Shown here: positions 1-14,653 of the stretch, piece after piece
Position numbering within the stretch: position 1 is the first letter of the stretch
Layout: each line of letters begins with the position of its first letter
Source: Eledone cirrhosa
Taxonomy: Eukaryota
DNA: 64,000 nucleotides
NCBI GenBank assembly: GCA_964016885.1
Contig: OZ024741.1
Location: 139,872,001 to 139,936,000, forward strand
Direction of reading: 5' to 3'
The notes under the pieces: generated by a model
Databases searched by the model: none
The model's input: only the letters and a program-made list of their open reading frames with translations
What the model was told of the DNA's origin: nothing
Program-made: the position numbers and the translations under genes

Positions 1-102
1 GTCTGCTTGTGAGATATGATGTCAATAGGGGTGGACACTGCACAAAGGGATGGATCGAGAAGAGAAACTGCCACCGAAGTTATTATATATATATATATAT
101 AT

Positions 103-164
<62 letters not shown>

Positions 165-505
165 TCTTAGGTGGCAGTTTCTCTTCCCCTCGATCTATCC
201 CCTCATGTAGCGTCCAGATCTACTGACTTCATATCTCTCATGGAGACGTCCTTGACACAAATATGAGGTCGTCCTCAATGCCAATTCCCCATCGAGTAGA
301 TCTTTTAGGATCCTCCCGTCAGGCATACACTGCACGTGACTGAGCCGACGCAGACGGTGCGGATGACGACTACAGAGTTGGTTACGTGGTAGGTCGACTT
401 GATATCTATAATACATCTCAGGCTACGACGGTGGAAGAGGTTGAGGTGCTCTCTCCTGTCTGGAGAAGACCCGTCATGTCGCGATGCCATAAAGCGGGCT
501 GGTGG
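165..505 (-). mobile_element. RTE-clade LINE 3' fragment (degenerate)
   Basis: Translation RRLRRLSHVQCMPDGRILKDLLDGELA resembles the RTE/BovB ORF C-terminus (RRLRWLGHVxRMxDxRIPKxLLYGEL). It abuts (TA)n/(AG)n at 84-161. Confidence 0.7.
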
Positions 506-2731
506 GAATGCACCATTGTATTTTTAGTCAGCTTTCTGTTCTCTCAGATTCATTTCATCAGTCTGGAAGATGTAAAGGCTGCTCGTCAAATATGCCTGCT
601 GAGTTGTTATATTTGATCCAAGATAGATGAAATTGTGGAGAAACTCCAGCTATCTTTATGGGCAATAAAGAAATGAATTGTATAACAATCTACATTTCTT
701 AGGCCAAAAATAGTTTTGGTGTTTTGAAACACGTGTTAAAATTATCAATAATTATATTAATAAAATGTTAGATATCAACAACCATGTCTCCATGTTGTTT
801 CAACAACCTATGACCTATATATATATATATATGCGCACGCGTAGGTGCGTGTGTGTGTGTGCGATTACATTAAGATAATCTTTATCCACCTCACAGAAAT
901 GATGATGGAACATTTTCTAACATGAGTAATATTATTTCATGCAGCTGTAGTATATTTCAACCAAGTAAATTCATAACATATTTTCTTCTGTTATGACATA
1001 GGCTGCAATTTAAATTAATTTGAAATACCCCATTTCTCTATTTATCTGGTTCTCAATATATTTCTTTTATTAATGTATATAATACGGTTTCATCAATCAT
1101 TCTATTTTTCTATTTCAACGGATAATTTCATAAATGTTATTTCTTGTTTATAACTACTGAAACACTTTTATTTTGTATTGTATATAAAGAGTATTAACTC
1201 CATCAATTCAAATTATTTTATTCACTGTAATAAATACTATATTTGTGTATTGTAATGATCTGAAACATTTAACTACATTATTCACAACGTTTGTTAACTA
1301 TGTATGTTACATTCAAGTTTTATTCTATATATGTTATAGTTTGAGTGAGTGTGTGTGTTCTTATTTCACTCCGAAGACGAGCTTTCGAATAGAATCAAAT
1401 AAATGAACAGGTTGTTCCTCATATCAACGTGCACGTGACTGAACATTTTGCAGTCTCATGCACAGGTAGCACAAATCACGGGTTGTTTCAGTGTGCCATT
1501 ACGATTTTGAGCCGACCATCTTAACCACAAAACACATGCCTTCTCATGTCTTGGTATATTAGGATTATGTTAAATCACGGCGTATTACTTCGGTAGAATT
1601 TCAAAATTTTCAGTGGCGGGGTTTGTCTGGCACCTATATAAATGACCAATTCATCTACAATTTGTTGATGGTGTTTGAATGGTATATAAATTCAGAATAT
1701 ATATAACTGGAACTCAATAGGTCATGATATGGATTTGTTAAACCACCTCTATTGCCAACTACCAGATAGAACAAATAATATGTTTTCACAGACATCGTAT
1801 CATTTGGGAATTTAGGCAGATGTTATACAGCATGTGTATTTATATTGATTGAAATCAATCGTCCGTTTGTAAATCAATATCACTTGAAGTTACACACTTA
1901 AACAAGAAACTGCAAACCTTTTTCATAAATACTATTTGGTTTAAATCATATGTCTGCCATTCCTCATAATTGTGGCGTCGGAAATACGGCAGACTGAAAT
2001 AAAAAAAAAAATGAAATAAGTCGAAGCAAACATCAAATGTTACACTTCAGGTTTCAAGCTGACAGCAATCAAACGTCCTCTAGTAGATTATTGATTTGTT
2101 CTAATTTCCAAAGATTTGTTCTCCAGAATTATATGTCAAAATCAATTCATATCATATAAAATATTCCTGATTTCTTTTGATAGAGTTTCATTGAATAGTC
2201 CATGTAACCTACCTTTAATAACGACATTATATATGTAGTACTAAGTAATGGATTTATGCATTAGCCTTTCTGGTTGTATGTGCATACAAATATATAGCAA
2301 TTTATATTACGTAACCATATAAGCTGCATATACATTGTTGCAAACGAATTCCAGGTTTCAAAAATAAATTAATTGCCTTAGATTAAATATAGACATTTGC
2401 CATTATATATGCGAATAATATCATTGTTAATTTGTCTCTCGCGAGGTTAGTCAATATTATGTGTGAGGCTGTGAGTGTGCGCGCGTGCTTTGCTATGAAC
2501 TATAACGGTAACGATATTAATTTAAAGTTACATTTACACACGCGAAACACGACGGAATCAACTGTCAGGAATCTAACGTTGCATTTTTTGTAGAGCAGGT
2601 CAGAGAACTACACAAAAACACTATGATGATCTGACAGATTTGATTTACAACCTTGAATCTACTGAATATAGATGCCATTATCCCTGCCAACAATGATTCT
2701 GTGATATATATATAGAGAGATATATAGATAG

Positions 2732-2766
<35 letters not shown>

Positions 2767-3656
2767 TGAATGTATGCATGCATATATAATTATATATATA
2801 TGTATATATATATAGAGAGAGAGAGAGCGAGAGAGATAGAGAGAAAGAAATAAAGATAGATGTGTGTGGGTGGGTGTGTATGTGTGCGTGTATGTGTGTA
2901 TTGTATATGTATTTAGGTATGCAATGCCTGTGTGTTTCTTTGTGTTTGCGCTATAGACTAAATAATGAAAAGAAAGAAGATGAATTTAGCATTCCAAACG
3001 TCTCAACTTACCTATCAGGGATGTCCTGTCAGAAATATATCAACATCAACATATATAATTAAGTGTCGGTCAATGGTTAAATTATTATGTGGCAAACTAA
3101 AGGCTCTTATTTCATAAGAAGTATCTCTTTTTTCTTTCTTTCCGATCAGAACAAAAATAAACGAAACACATTTTACAGTTGAATCGAAATTCAATTTTCT
3201 CGTTACAGTAACTAAAATTGATTTCCCAAGAGGTAATAGAGTACCCTTCCCCGGCAAATATAAGTTCTCTATAGAATTAGTGAAAACTTACATTTCTGAT
3301 AAAATGCTTTGGTGATCATACAGAGAAATATTTATTATTACATTTGAAATCAAATCAAATTCACATCTATTTCCTCTAATGCTTTGCAAATAATTATCTA
3401 TCGACTGAATCGAAAGTCTCACCGTACTCAAGGGTTATAATTTGAATCATGTTTAATTTTATTTGCTCTGAATCCGATGAATTAAATCAACTTATTTTTC
3501 AAATTTATTAATTTATGTATTTATGAATGTAAATTTTCTCAGTTGTTCCAGACAATTTAGAAACATAAAATATGACGTTATTTATGGTTCACATCGATGT
3601 GCGTATAGCTGACTTCCAGCGATGTTTCAGCTCACAGAATATTTCGTGGGCGTTTT

Positions 3657-3840
3657 AATAATAATTGTTTCTACTTTAGGCACAAGGCCAGCAATTACCC
3701 AGTGGATTACTGGTACTTTATTTTATCGACCCCGTAAGGATGAAAGGCAAAGTTAACCTCGGCGGGATTTGAACTCAGTCTGTAAAGGGACGTAACTATG
3801 CTGCAATGCATGGCGTCCGACCCTCTACCGATACTGTCAA
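3657..3840 (-). mobile_element. tRNA-derived SINE (octopod-type, Meta-domain-like core)
   Basis: Minus strand has B-box GAGTTCAAATC, core GCCTTTCATCCTTACGGGGTCGATAAAATAAAGTACCAG and an (ATT)n tail. At least 6 related copies occur in the window. Confidence 0.85.
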
Positions 3841-3899
3841 AATGATAATGGCACTTCATCGTATCATAAAGACATATATGATACCACGTTGTTATATAT

Positions 3900-5056
3900 G
3901 TTTAGCTGGCCATCTACATGATTGTATCTAATAATAAAGTGTGTAGGGTGGTTAACGTTAAGAACACTTGGACTCAGTGCTACTATGTAGTTTTTGTTAC
4001 AGCTCCCACATATGTATGTGTAGCTTCTTTCCTACGTTGATGCATTTCATAAGTTTCTCGATGCATTTTAATAAGACTCACCCTAGACCTACCGTAATGC
4101 TTATTATGGACATGTATGTGCTAGGAAGTTTCGACATAACCTGAGACGTCATGCTTGAGAATACAACTGCCGACTTCTCAAGGAAAAAATCACAATATAT
4201 TCTGATACTAACTCCAACTCCTTAACCGATAGCACCCCAAACGTATAATTGGGAATATACTTAGGTATTTCCTAATGTTTGTTGAGTGAGTTGGAAGTTG
4301 GTCGGAGTACCGCTAATAGCTTTCTCTGTTAATGTATTAAGTATTATACTCTTGGATGGCCGGACATGAAGTTTCCAGATATTTAGGTATGAATATCTTT
4401 ATTTATTTTTTATATGAAATGTTGATTCTTTCTTCCTGTATCTCATGTCTGTTATTTTGCCTAAGAAAATATTTCTATGTATACTTAAATAATACGTACA
4501 TATATTTATTTTTTTAATATCCATTTGAATTCTTAACACGAGGTTTGGATTCCTAACAGGGTTCAATGACCTGCGTGTATATTATTTCATATTTTACGAT
4601 AACCTCCCCTTCCTATTTGGGGACAGTGTGAGATTTTTTTTGAAGGACTGCTGGACTTTCAAACTAGGCGGTTCTTCTAAGCAGTGACGGTGACCATCTC
4701 TAAATATAAATATCGATGTAGTTTTTTATATTGATATTGCTTGGGCATTCCACTGAAGAGTTATAAGAGTCCACTTGCACGGGAATCTGGTGATCATATA
4801 CAAGCTTCTAGATAACTTGGACATTTTTCTCCTACTTTTAGAAATCTTATAATGAAACGATCGTATGGAAAGTGAGATTTATTTAATTATGTCTCATATA
4901 AAATAATACAGCCGACTATCCACACAATACAATATAGTTAGCTCCCCAAACGTATAATTGGGAATATACTTAGGTATTTCCTAATGTTTGTTGAGTGAGA
5001 TGGAAGTTGGTCGGAGTATCGCTAATAGCTTTCTCTGTTAATGTATTAAGTACATA

Positions 5057-5087
<31 letters not shown>

Positions 5088-5091
5088 TAAT

Positions 5092-5128
<37 letters not shown>

Positions 5129-6600
5129 ATAGAGAGTTTCTGTGTGTGATAAGCGACTCCGATCCCTCTAGTAGGTTTACATATATACCTCAGTTGGGGC
5201 TTCTGCATGTTTTTACTGTTGGTTTCGTTGTTGTGGTCTACTGAACTTTGCCCTGTGTTACGATATTTTTCACATGGGTTGTCTTTTACACTTTATGATG
5301 TTGTGCGTTTAAAGGATTTGGTTCATTCTATGATCCCTTTTTTACCCTTTTTAGTAAAGGAATGTTCAGGAGGATGGTGTCGTCGCATTATGTAGCTTAT
5401 AATGTGTTTAATGAATGGTTTTAATAGGGTATCAAGGAATTTGCTGAGGCGCGGCATTTCGCAAGCGGGCCTGCTATTATAGGTCTTAATTTGAAGTCAT
5501 TAGGTGAAGGGACGTTGAGGAATGTGTCTGTGGCTCCCTTGCATGCCTTACTTATTTTTTCATTCTTTATGTATCCTAGGAATACCGTAAAAAAGACTGG
5601 ATTGGCTTTTGAAGTCAATGATACATTTGTATTTCCTGTCAATAAGTCCTTTTCTGCATAGGTTTATCTGTTTTTAGGTTTCTGATTATTTTCATCTTCA
5701 TTAGGACTACCGCACTCTCTTTATCAGCCTATTTGATTGTTATAGTTTTATCGTTCTTTAATTGGTTCAACTCATCCCATTCTTTCTTGCTGGAGTGTGG
5801 CCTGTGTTGTTGTTTGTATAAGTGATGATATGGGTAATTTGTAATGTGTTCGCAGAATCGGTCGAGAATTTTATTCTTACCTTACTTCTATTTCTAGCTA
5901 ATGATTCGTCCTCATTATACTGATCGTATAGTTTCTCACAGAATTGTAATTTTCTACAGAATTCTGCAAGGTGTTCTTTCATTCCGTTGGGCGGTGGGGG
6001 TGTAAATTTGAACAACACTTTGGAGAGTATGTTGATTTGGTCCGATATTGCTTCTTTATTAGTTAAATTGATTACTTTTATTACTTTTGGTCTCACCTAA
6101 CGTATTGTGTCATGTCAGTTTCCTGTGTCTCTGTACTGGGCCTAAATAATTATCAACGTAGTTGGGTCGGTTGCTGATGTTTAATTGTCTCCTGTGGTTG
6201 TGTAGTATTGTTGTTGTTATTTATGGTTTGAGTTCGTGGTCGTGTGTTGATTAAAGCGTTCCTATATTTAATGTAAGGTTTTGTGTCCATATATTTTATG
6301 TTCTCGTGCTTTAGGTGCTCTTCGTTGGTGGTTATATCGTGTGGTATGGTTTGTTGTGAATGGTAGTTGAGCGGATTGTAAGAATGAAAATGTCCTTGGT
6401 ATCTCCTAAGGGTAGGGAAGTTGTAATATCAATCCTGGGGATGATTTCTTATTTCTTTATTTGTTTCTGGGGTATACGCGTTGTTGCTGCGCGGTAGGGT
6501 TAAGGGGTATGGGCTAGTTATTGTCTTCTTTTGGGGGCAGGGGAGAAGGTTGTGTATATTTGCCGACGTATAATCAAACATATAGATGGAAAATTCGTTT
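3900..6600 (-). pseudogene. Decayed, rearranged Penelope-like element (Neptune-like RT and GIY-YIG remnants)
   Basis: Minus-strand peptides VINLTNKE..LSKVLFKFTPPP (5767-6096), IK*ADKESAVVLM (~5700-5740), PNDFKLRPIIAGP (~5465-5505), Cys-linker TVKTCRSPN*GICK (~5175-5220) and ICGSCNKNYI (~3985-4015). Many stops and frameshifts; boundaries approximate. Confidence 0.65.
4234..5053. repeat. ~110-bp direct duplication (4234-4343 and 4944-5053)
   Basis: Both copies read CCCCAAACGTATAATTGGGAATATACTTAGG...GTTAATGTATTAAGTA with about 2 mismatches. The second copy ends at a (TA)n tract. Confidence 0.9.
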
Positions 6601-6728
6601 TAAAGCATTGTTAATACCTTACACATGTTTCGTGAACGGTATGCATTATACAGATAATTAGTGAAAGGATGTTATACGAAAAAGTAGATATATAAAAAAT
6701 ATGTACGTTTGTATGTCTGTGTGCGTAC

Positions 6729-6767
<39 letters not shown>

Positions 6768-6770
<3 letters not shown>

Positions 6771-7186
6771 CGGCGATGAATTAGTTTGGCGAGGTTTTTT
6801 ATATGAAATCGTGTCGAAACAAATATTGTTATACTTGGGGAGGGTCATGTTTGTGTAATAATATTGCAAGAATTAATAACAGAACACACTCACTGTTTGG
6901 TTGGTCTTCGCTTCTGATGGCATAGGCATACAATACAACAGGAGTAAACATAATAGCACCACTGACGATGTTGCAGATGTGCAACGAAAGAAATTTGTTA
7001 CACTATATATATGTGTTTGTGTCTATATTATATCTGTATTTTAGACTGTTGGTCAGTCAATGGTAACATTGAGGACCGAATAAATTAAATTAACCGATAT
7101 AAAAGACACAGAAGCGAAAACGAACCAAACAGTGAGTGTGTTCTTTTATTTATTCTGGCAATATTATTACACAAAATATGCTCCCC

Positions 7187-7190
<4 letters not shown>
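6768..7190. mobile_element. Short non-coding PLE-terminus-like element between (TA)n tracts, with inverted arms and a central HHR motif
   Basis: Arms ~6838-6916 and 7110-7190 are inverted. The 5' part resembles the family-B terminus at 16419-16525. Confidence 0.6.
6957..6999 (+). ncRNA. Minimal type I hammerhead motif (degenerate, family-B-like)
   Basis: acca CTGACGA t-gttgca-gatg-tgcaac GAAA gaaa TT tgtt. Stem II is perfect; stems I and III are mismatched. Confidence 0.55.
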
Positions 7191-7262
<72 letters not shown>

Positions 7263-7266
7263 ATAT

Positions 7267-7301
<35 letters not shown>

Positions 7302-7914
7302 TGCACACACATATATATATAAGTGTATGTATAAATGTGTTTGTGTGTGTGTGTATTTGTAAAAAATAATTCCTGGCGTATATATGATCCAGTAACATTA
7401 TGCAGTACATGAGCATGGCCGGAGCCTGATGGCTGAACCTATAAAAACTGTTACGTATTGGCCCTGTGGAATTTAGATGTGGCATGTGGGAGAATATGAT
7501 GATTAAACTTCTATTAATTCTTCATTCATTTTGGTTAATGATAATGCATTTTTCTTCCTTTTTTCATATTAGATATATTGATATTTAAGAAACCTTTCGA
7601 CTCATCGCAATCAATAAATTATATTAAGTTTAATGTTTAAGGTCTTAGGATTATTTTATTATGTATATGCTTCAGTGAATTCAATTGAATAAAACGATAA
7701 CAAGATATACCGACACAGATCAAGTTTATTTACTTGTTTGTCTTATTTAGATAACATTTCAAACTTTACAGAATTTCTTTTCCTCGTTGTTTATTCTATA
7801 AATAGCTTCCCTTGCTTCCCACTTATCCTTTATCTTTTTTATGCTTCCTTATTGCCTCCCGTTTCCCTTCCCGCTTTCCTTTTTTTTAAATTTCATTTTA
7901 TTTTCTATTATATT

Positions 7915-8200
7915 TTATTTATTTTTATTTTTTATTTTTATTTTTATTTTTATTTTTATTTTTATTTTTATTTTTATTTTTATTTTTATTTTTATTTTTA
8001 TTTTTATTTTTATTTTTATTTTTATTTTTATTTTTATTTTTATTTTTATTTTTATTTTTATTTTTATTTTTATTTTTATTATTTTTATTTTTATTTTTAT
8101 TTTTTATTTTTATTTTTATTTTTATTTTTATTTTTATTTTTATTTTTATTTTTATTTTTATTTTTATTTTTATTTTTATTTTTATTTTTATTTTTATTTA
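7915..8200. repeat. (TTTTTA)n hexamer microsatellite
   Basis: Seen directly. It explains the FYFY/FIFI ORFs. Confidence 0.95.
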
Positions 8201-9410
8201 TATATGCAATTATCTCTGTATAACTTGTTTTTTTGTTTCTCAACTGTAAGTATTACTAGATACTTGCCCTCGTCCTACTAGCTCTATACGGCTGTTTAAA
8301 CTGAGTAAATATACCAATAAATAAATAGCAATAACACACATCACATTCATTTACTCTTTCTCTTAAATAGATAATTTTCAAACTTTAAATAATTTCACCT
8401 TTAATTATATAAATAAATCATAGAAAAACTGTAATGCAATTATTTATTTTGTTTTTATTAGGTATGAACATGTTACATACGATAACCTTTATCAGTTTAT
8501 CGATCAATTTTATATGATCCCATAGCATGAATACATACCTGGCTGCGCAGACATACATACCCATTCAACTCAAATATAATCAATAGTTTTACAAACACAG
8601 TTAAGATATGTAGATTTTAAAATAACGATGTTTCAAACCTAATTCGAGGTTCTCTTTCTTTTGTCGTGGTATTTATCACCAATTCCGTCAGGAACAATGA
8701 AACCTGAAGGTGGTGTCCATTGAATATATTGATCCGATCTTTCCTTTCTTCTGAGATGTACTGATATTTAATTGCGTATATCAAAGGAGACACGTATTGT
8801 TTTTCTTTATGTATCACATGATATCTACTACAATATTTAATGTTGTATTTCTACAAGAATGCAACTCATAATAGGTTCCTTAGAATGTTGTAACGATAGC
8901 GGTTCTAGTCCCTCTCATGCTATTTATTATAACTCACAAATATATCACCTATGATGTTTAAAAGTGACGATTAAATATGAAGAAGTATTTAAATCTAAGA
9001 TTGACGCAAACCCCATAATTTGGGGGGATATGGGGAAAAACAATTATATCAACAACCGTAATTAATTGTTAATTTAATTTATCAACCCCCGCAAGGATCA
9101 AAAGGCAAATTTTGGCCAGGTCAGGATTTGAACTCTGAAATTAATACGTGTAACTAATTAATGTAAATCATTTATTCCACGCTCTACTAATACTGATTAT
9201 CCATCAAACTAATTATTGTTGTATAAATGTTACTGGATAACACAGTTATATTTTCGTAAGTAAATAATCCCACATATGCGTAGGGATTTATATGTGTGTA
9301 TGTATATATATGTGTGTATTTATTCTATATTATACATATATTGTTTGTTAATCTCCCATAGCGTAGTGTTTCGACAAACAGATAAATAATATAGAAGAAT
9401 ATACAATTTT

Positions 9411-9610
9411 NNNNNNNNNNNNNNNNNNNNNNNNNNNNNNNNNNNNNNNNNNNNNNNNNNNNNNNNNNNNNNNNNNNNNNNNNNNNNNNNNNNNNNNNNN
9501 NNNNNNNNNNNNNNNNNNNNNNNNNNNNNNNNNNNNNNNNNNNNNNNNNNNNNNNNNNNNNNNNNNNNNNNNNNNNNNNNNNNNNNNNNNNNNNNNNNNN
9601 NNNNNNNNNN
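9411..9610. other. Assembly gap (200 N)
   Basis: Run of n. Confidence 1.
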
Positions 9611-9680
9611 GTATTTCAGTCCAAGAAATAGCCGTCGATACAGCTTGAGCTCTGCCGTCGGGGTCATACTTGTTCCTATA
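9611..9680 (+). mobile_element. 3' terminus of PLE family A (HHR 3' half), cut by the gap
   Basis: AGTCCAAGAAATAGCCGTCGATACAGCTTGAGCTCTGCCGTCGGGGTCATACTTGTTCC-(TA)n matches 20339-20396. Confidence 0.8.
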
Positions 9681-9790
9681 TATATATATATAGTAATAAT
9701 AATAAATGTGAAGACTCAAAATCCAAAAGGGCTCGATAAGGATAAAAGCACCAATTCGTTGCTTAAACTTTAATCTGTTAGTTTAATAAT

Positions 9791-9890
<100 letters not shown>

Positions 9891-11562
9891 ATCTCCCACT
9901 ACAACTTTCTCTCAATAGTTCGTATGAAAAAAATGTGTTCGGTCTACAAACTTTTCGGGTGACGAACCGACTTCATGAACGATTTGTGGTTTCACTATAT
10001 ATTTCTTTGCTTATGTATGCATACAATATCTCCCTGTAGTTTCGTATAATTATATCTCTATATACACTACACTATTGAGGTGTGTTCAGAAATGAGACAA
10101 ATGTCTTCATATGTATATTTCTATATTCCTACAATGTGTCACATCTCAACATATAAATTCAATTTCTTCACACACTTCATCGTTTCTCATTATACTATAT
10201 ACTTCCTACAGGCAGTATTATACAGAATGATACCGGCTAATATTACATATTAGCCTTGAAATTTCAGTATTTGCTATTAAAATGCGATCAACTGAAATAC
10301 ATCACTGATCATACTGACAGGTCTGGAAGCGATATCAGTTCATTGCCAACATGTTCTATGTTGTCTTATTTTACAGTTGGACGGATTCGATGCTCTTCGT
10401 TGAATGTTAAGCTATATTATATTTACAGTCTTAAAGTTGTCAACGCCTAACATAATAATAATGATAATGTTTATATTCCTTATATTTCTTATGAGAAGCA
10501 AACATATGAGATGCTATAGAAACAAAATCAATACAAACAAAGCATGTAGTATTCCACACACATGCCTATATATATATATCGATGTGTGTGTGGGGGGGGG
10601 GGGGATATGTGTGTGTGTGTGTGTGTGTGCTGTGTGAGGAGAGAGATAGTATACTTCTGCTCAAACTCGAGTACAAATAGCCTCGGGATAGAATTTTCCT
10701 GTGTTTATGGCAGCCATTTTGATTTGGCTCATTATCGAAATGCTTCAGAGGAGCAGGTATTATAGTGCTATGTTAGACGATATAACGACATAATATGCCG
10801 CTTAGTGCCGCTAGCTATTATAATAAGGAATGACAGCAACAGTATTATTTATATATACATAATCTGTTTTCGGAAAATATATTTAGCCGTGTATATTCGT
10901 AAGATATGGAAACATTTTATTGCCGAGGGAAATATGCATCATATAAATCGGTTGATGTGTGGTCTTGTCAAATTATCGAATTAGTTCGTTTCATATAGGA
11001 AATATGTTATTGATACTGGAGTAGATATATACATAATAACGTTTCTTTATTCTGCTTTGGATCAGAAGTTATATATCGTCTGGCATAGAAAGGACCGCCG
11101 GCAGTTTCGACATTGAGTGTGTTCCAGTGTCATGTTCCCGAATTATGTTTCAGTACCTGAGAATTCCACAATCACGTGTAACACTGACATGGTTTCTAGG
11201 GAGATTCAGTGTGACAAAGCTGGTCACTTGAATTTCAACTAGAATCTGTCATATTTTTGTATGCGACTGAGTATTTCCCAACAACATATATACATTTTAC
11301 GTTATCGTCAGAACGTGAAACATAGTGCGAGAATCTGGCCCTTTGAATTAAAAGTACAACTCATCTATCCGACGGGATAATAACTAGTTATATTTACCCA
11401 ATTTCCTTCTTAAAGCTTGTCGCTCACATTATCTAATTAATATCATGCACATGCCAACTTTTCTGATATCAAGCAGTACCCAGCAATTTTGTTCTGATAA
11501 ATATAAAAATGTATTAGCGTCTTTATTTAGCCTAAGCGTATAACATGTATAATTGACACATT

Positions 11563-11679
11563 CTTCTGAATTTCACACTGATAATAAACCACGATTCTGA
11601 TTTTCACAGTGATAATAAACCACTACATTTTCCAGATTCTGAATTTCACAGTGATAATAAACCACTACATTTTCCAGAT
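11563..11679. repeat. Short tandem repeat (30-41 bp unit, ~3 copies)
   Basis: TTCTGAATTTCACAGTGATAATAAACCAC(TACATTTTCCAGA) is reiterated. Confidence 0.85.
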
Positions 11680-13019
11680 AATCTTCGACATTTGATTTGG
11701 GGGAATGCATTTTAAATAACATTGCACTGTTTAGACTAGGATTTCACAGCTGGAACGCTTTTGTTCAAAGTTTTCACTTGTCAGAGTTCACCAGAGTTTG
11801 AACATCAACAAACGCAACATGTCTTAAGTATATTCAGAGGCTATGTTTCTCTGGTCAAATTTATATAATTAAAACAGGATTGCATAAAAATGCATTGATT
11901 TGTTTCGATTAAATGATAAATGATTCAATCATTGATAGAAATCCTCATGAAATTCTCCCATAATAGCTTATTTCACTCTGCCTTTCGCAATATATTAAAA
12001 TATTACCACAAGCGTAACAATGGTAAATCCTTCACACCAATATCTAAAATGAAGAGACAACAGATAACGCGTTCTAGATTGAATTATCGATTACTATAAT
12101 TAATTCGTTACAGAATATAACGATTATCGCAGCTTTGAATTTGGTCTTAACTACAGATTTGCTTGTCTTTAGTATATTTAACGTCATTTTACCCTGTCTT
12201 TTTAATATAAGAGAAAATTGTCATTGACAAGTTTAAGGAAGGGGGATAAACACCAACACTATGAGCATGCAGAACATATAGCATATCGATGTAAGTCCTT
12301 TCCCGCACTGAAATTGTACATTTTACAAACATTACCTGATTTGTTTGACCGTTATGCTTTCTATGTATCTCCTAAAACCTATATACACACTGCTCTAACT
12401 CACACTGTTTCTGTCTATAACAATAATAAGAAGAAGTAGTAACTAGGTTTTAAATATTATCATCATGTTTATTTACGCTTGACGCTCGTTTCGCGATGTC
12501 TCAGCTCAAGGTACAATCATTATCGAACGTGACCGACTCTAGAATCGATAGATCATCCTACTCCTGGTTTGCTTATAGACGGGAGGAATCTCTATAAGCA
12601 TCACACGTAAATAAACAGGATTGTACTTTGATATCTGGTTCCACTCCTAATTATTATGATTAATATTCTGCTAATTAAGGATACCTAACAAAGTCTATGT
12701 GAAATGCCACATAACCAACTTGATCCACTTAGGCAGAGATACTCAAATTGGTGAAATAATAGTAACATAAATTACACACCAATAAACTATATATATATGT
12801 ATATATGAGAAAGAGTCGGGGCCCGGCGGCTAAGCTCTTGAGGTTTCAGCATCTAGTTCCAAACAAGAACTTACTGTTGAAACGGAAAGAGCTCAGCTGT
12901 CGAAACCCACCTAATCTAATATAGTCATACTCTACAATCCCAAGTATCGAGTACTCTGTTGAATAATGGGCTAACTATTTTAAATCAGGTTCAATCCTGA
13001 TATCCATTTATATAAAATT

Positions 13020-13330
13020 GGTCGCGTAGAAAGCCTTAACAATGCAGAGGTGTAAATCTCCGGGTAACAAACTTAGCTAAAACGTGACACAGAGGAGACT
13101 GAGGTTAGCTGGACATGCTCACCGACATCCAGAGTTGACACTGCACTCAGTGGTCCTGTGGGAGCCCCTGCATGGACACACTGGAAGAGGAAGACCGAGG
13201 TTAACATATGTTGATGCCCTAAGGACAGACACTGGTCTCTTGGAGACGCAGGACATGGCAGAGATAATGAGTGACACACACCGCTGGAGAGAACTCAACC
13301 ATGGATCTCTGGAATTTTACCCGCTTAAAT
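13020..13330 (+). mobile_element. RTE-clade (RTE-X-like) LINE 3' end
   Basis: QRRLRLAGHAHRHPEL..VLWEPLHGHTGRGRPRLTYVDALRTDTGL...RWRE is a typical RTE ORF C-terminus. It ends at (TA)n. Confidence 0.8.
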
Positions 13331-13340
13331 ATGTAGATAG

Positions 13341-13389
<49 letters not shown>

Positions 13390-13424
13390 TATGAGAAATG
13401 AAATTTCGTTTCATTTTTACCGTT

Positions 13425-13465
<41 letters not shown>

Positions 13466-13471
<6 letters not shown>

Positions 13472-14653
13472 ACTAGAAATTGATTGACAGATATATATAT
13501 ATATATAAAATTAACATATGAAACAATCACAGGGAATAATTAGTAAAAGTGTGTAAGCACACATAGCTAGGTAGGTAACTAATTAAAGTTTAACTAGAAC
13601 TTTAAATATTGATACCTTATAAATTGATTAATCTTCCTTGTATATATTTCATAAACAAATTTATTTCACCATCAATCGATTGGTAAACCTCGGTAGCCAA
13701 AACGGATTTTCAACAAGGGAGAAGATTTAACTATCTGTGTTTACACACCAAATTCAAATCTGCGAATGACTAGCAGCACGTGTTGCATCTTTTTTTAAAA
13801 TATACACATCGTACCAGCTTCATCCCAGTGGTGTGAATAGGGTTATCGACAACTAGTGTGAATAGGGTCATCGACGACTAACCGAGTCCGTTCAACTGAG
13901 TTAGCTCTACAATTAAGGGGCCGTATATATATCCAAAATTAAATTAAGGGTGTCATGTCAGAGAGACATGCGCCATATGTTTATTTTAGATATATATATA
14001 TATACGTCAATCAATTTCTAGTTGATATAAAATGCTCGGATCTATTCATTAGAATATTGGAACCTATTCTACAGAGGATATGGCGCATGTCTCTCTGACA
14101 TGACACCCTTAATTTAATTTTGGATATATATACGGCCACTTAATTGTAGAGCTAACTCATTTGAAAGGACTCGGCTGCTATTTGTAGTTGTCCATATTCA
14201 CGCCACTGGGATGAAGCTGGTAAGATGTGTGTATTTTTAAAAAATGCACTACGTGCTGTTAGTCATCCACAGATTTGAATTTGCTGTGTAACACAGATAG
14301 TTAAATCTTCAATAAACAAATAAAAACACACACAGACACCGGATGTAACACATGAGCAAACTAAGCACACAACACACACAAAAACCAGATTGCGTAGAAT
14401 CAGATTGCTGAAAATCCGGTTTTGGCTACTGTGGTTTACCGATCTATTGATGGTGAAATATATATTTGTAATGAAACATATACAAGGAAGATTAATCAAT
14501 TTAAAAGGTATATGTATTTAAAGTTCCAGTTAAATTTTAATTAGTTACCTTCCTAGCTATATGTGCTTACACACTTTTACAAATGATTCCCTGTGATTGT
14601 TTCATATGTTAATTTTAGATATGTATATATATCTCTCAATCAATTTCAAGTTG

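Noticed and set aside
10377-10411. Acceptor-like site followed by WTDSML
   Set aside because: Immediate stop codon and no further Cys-loop similarity.
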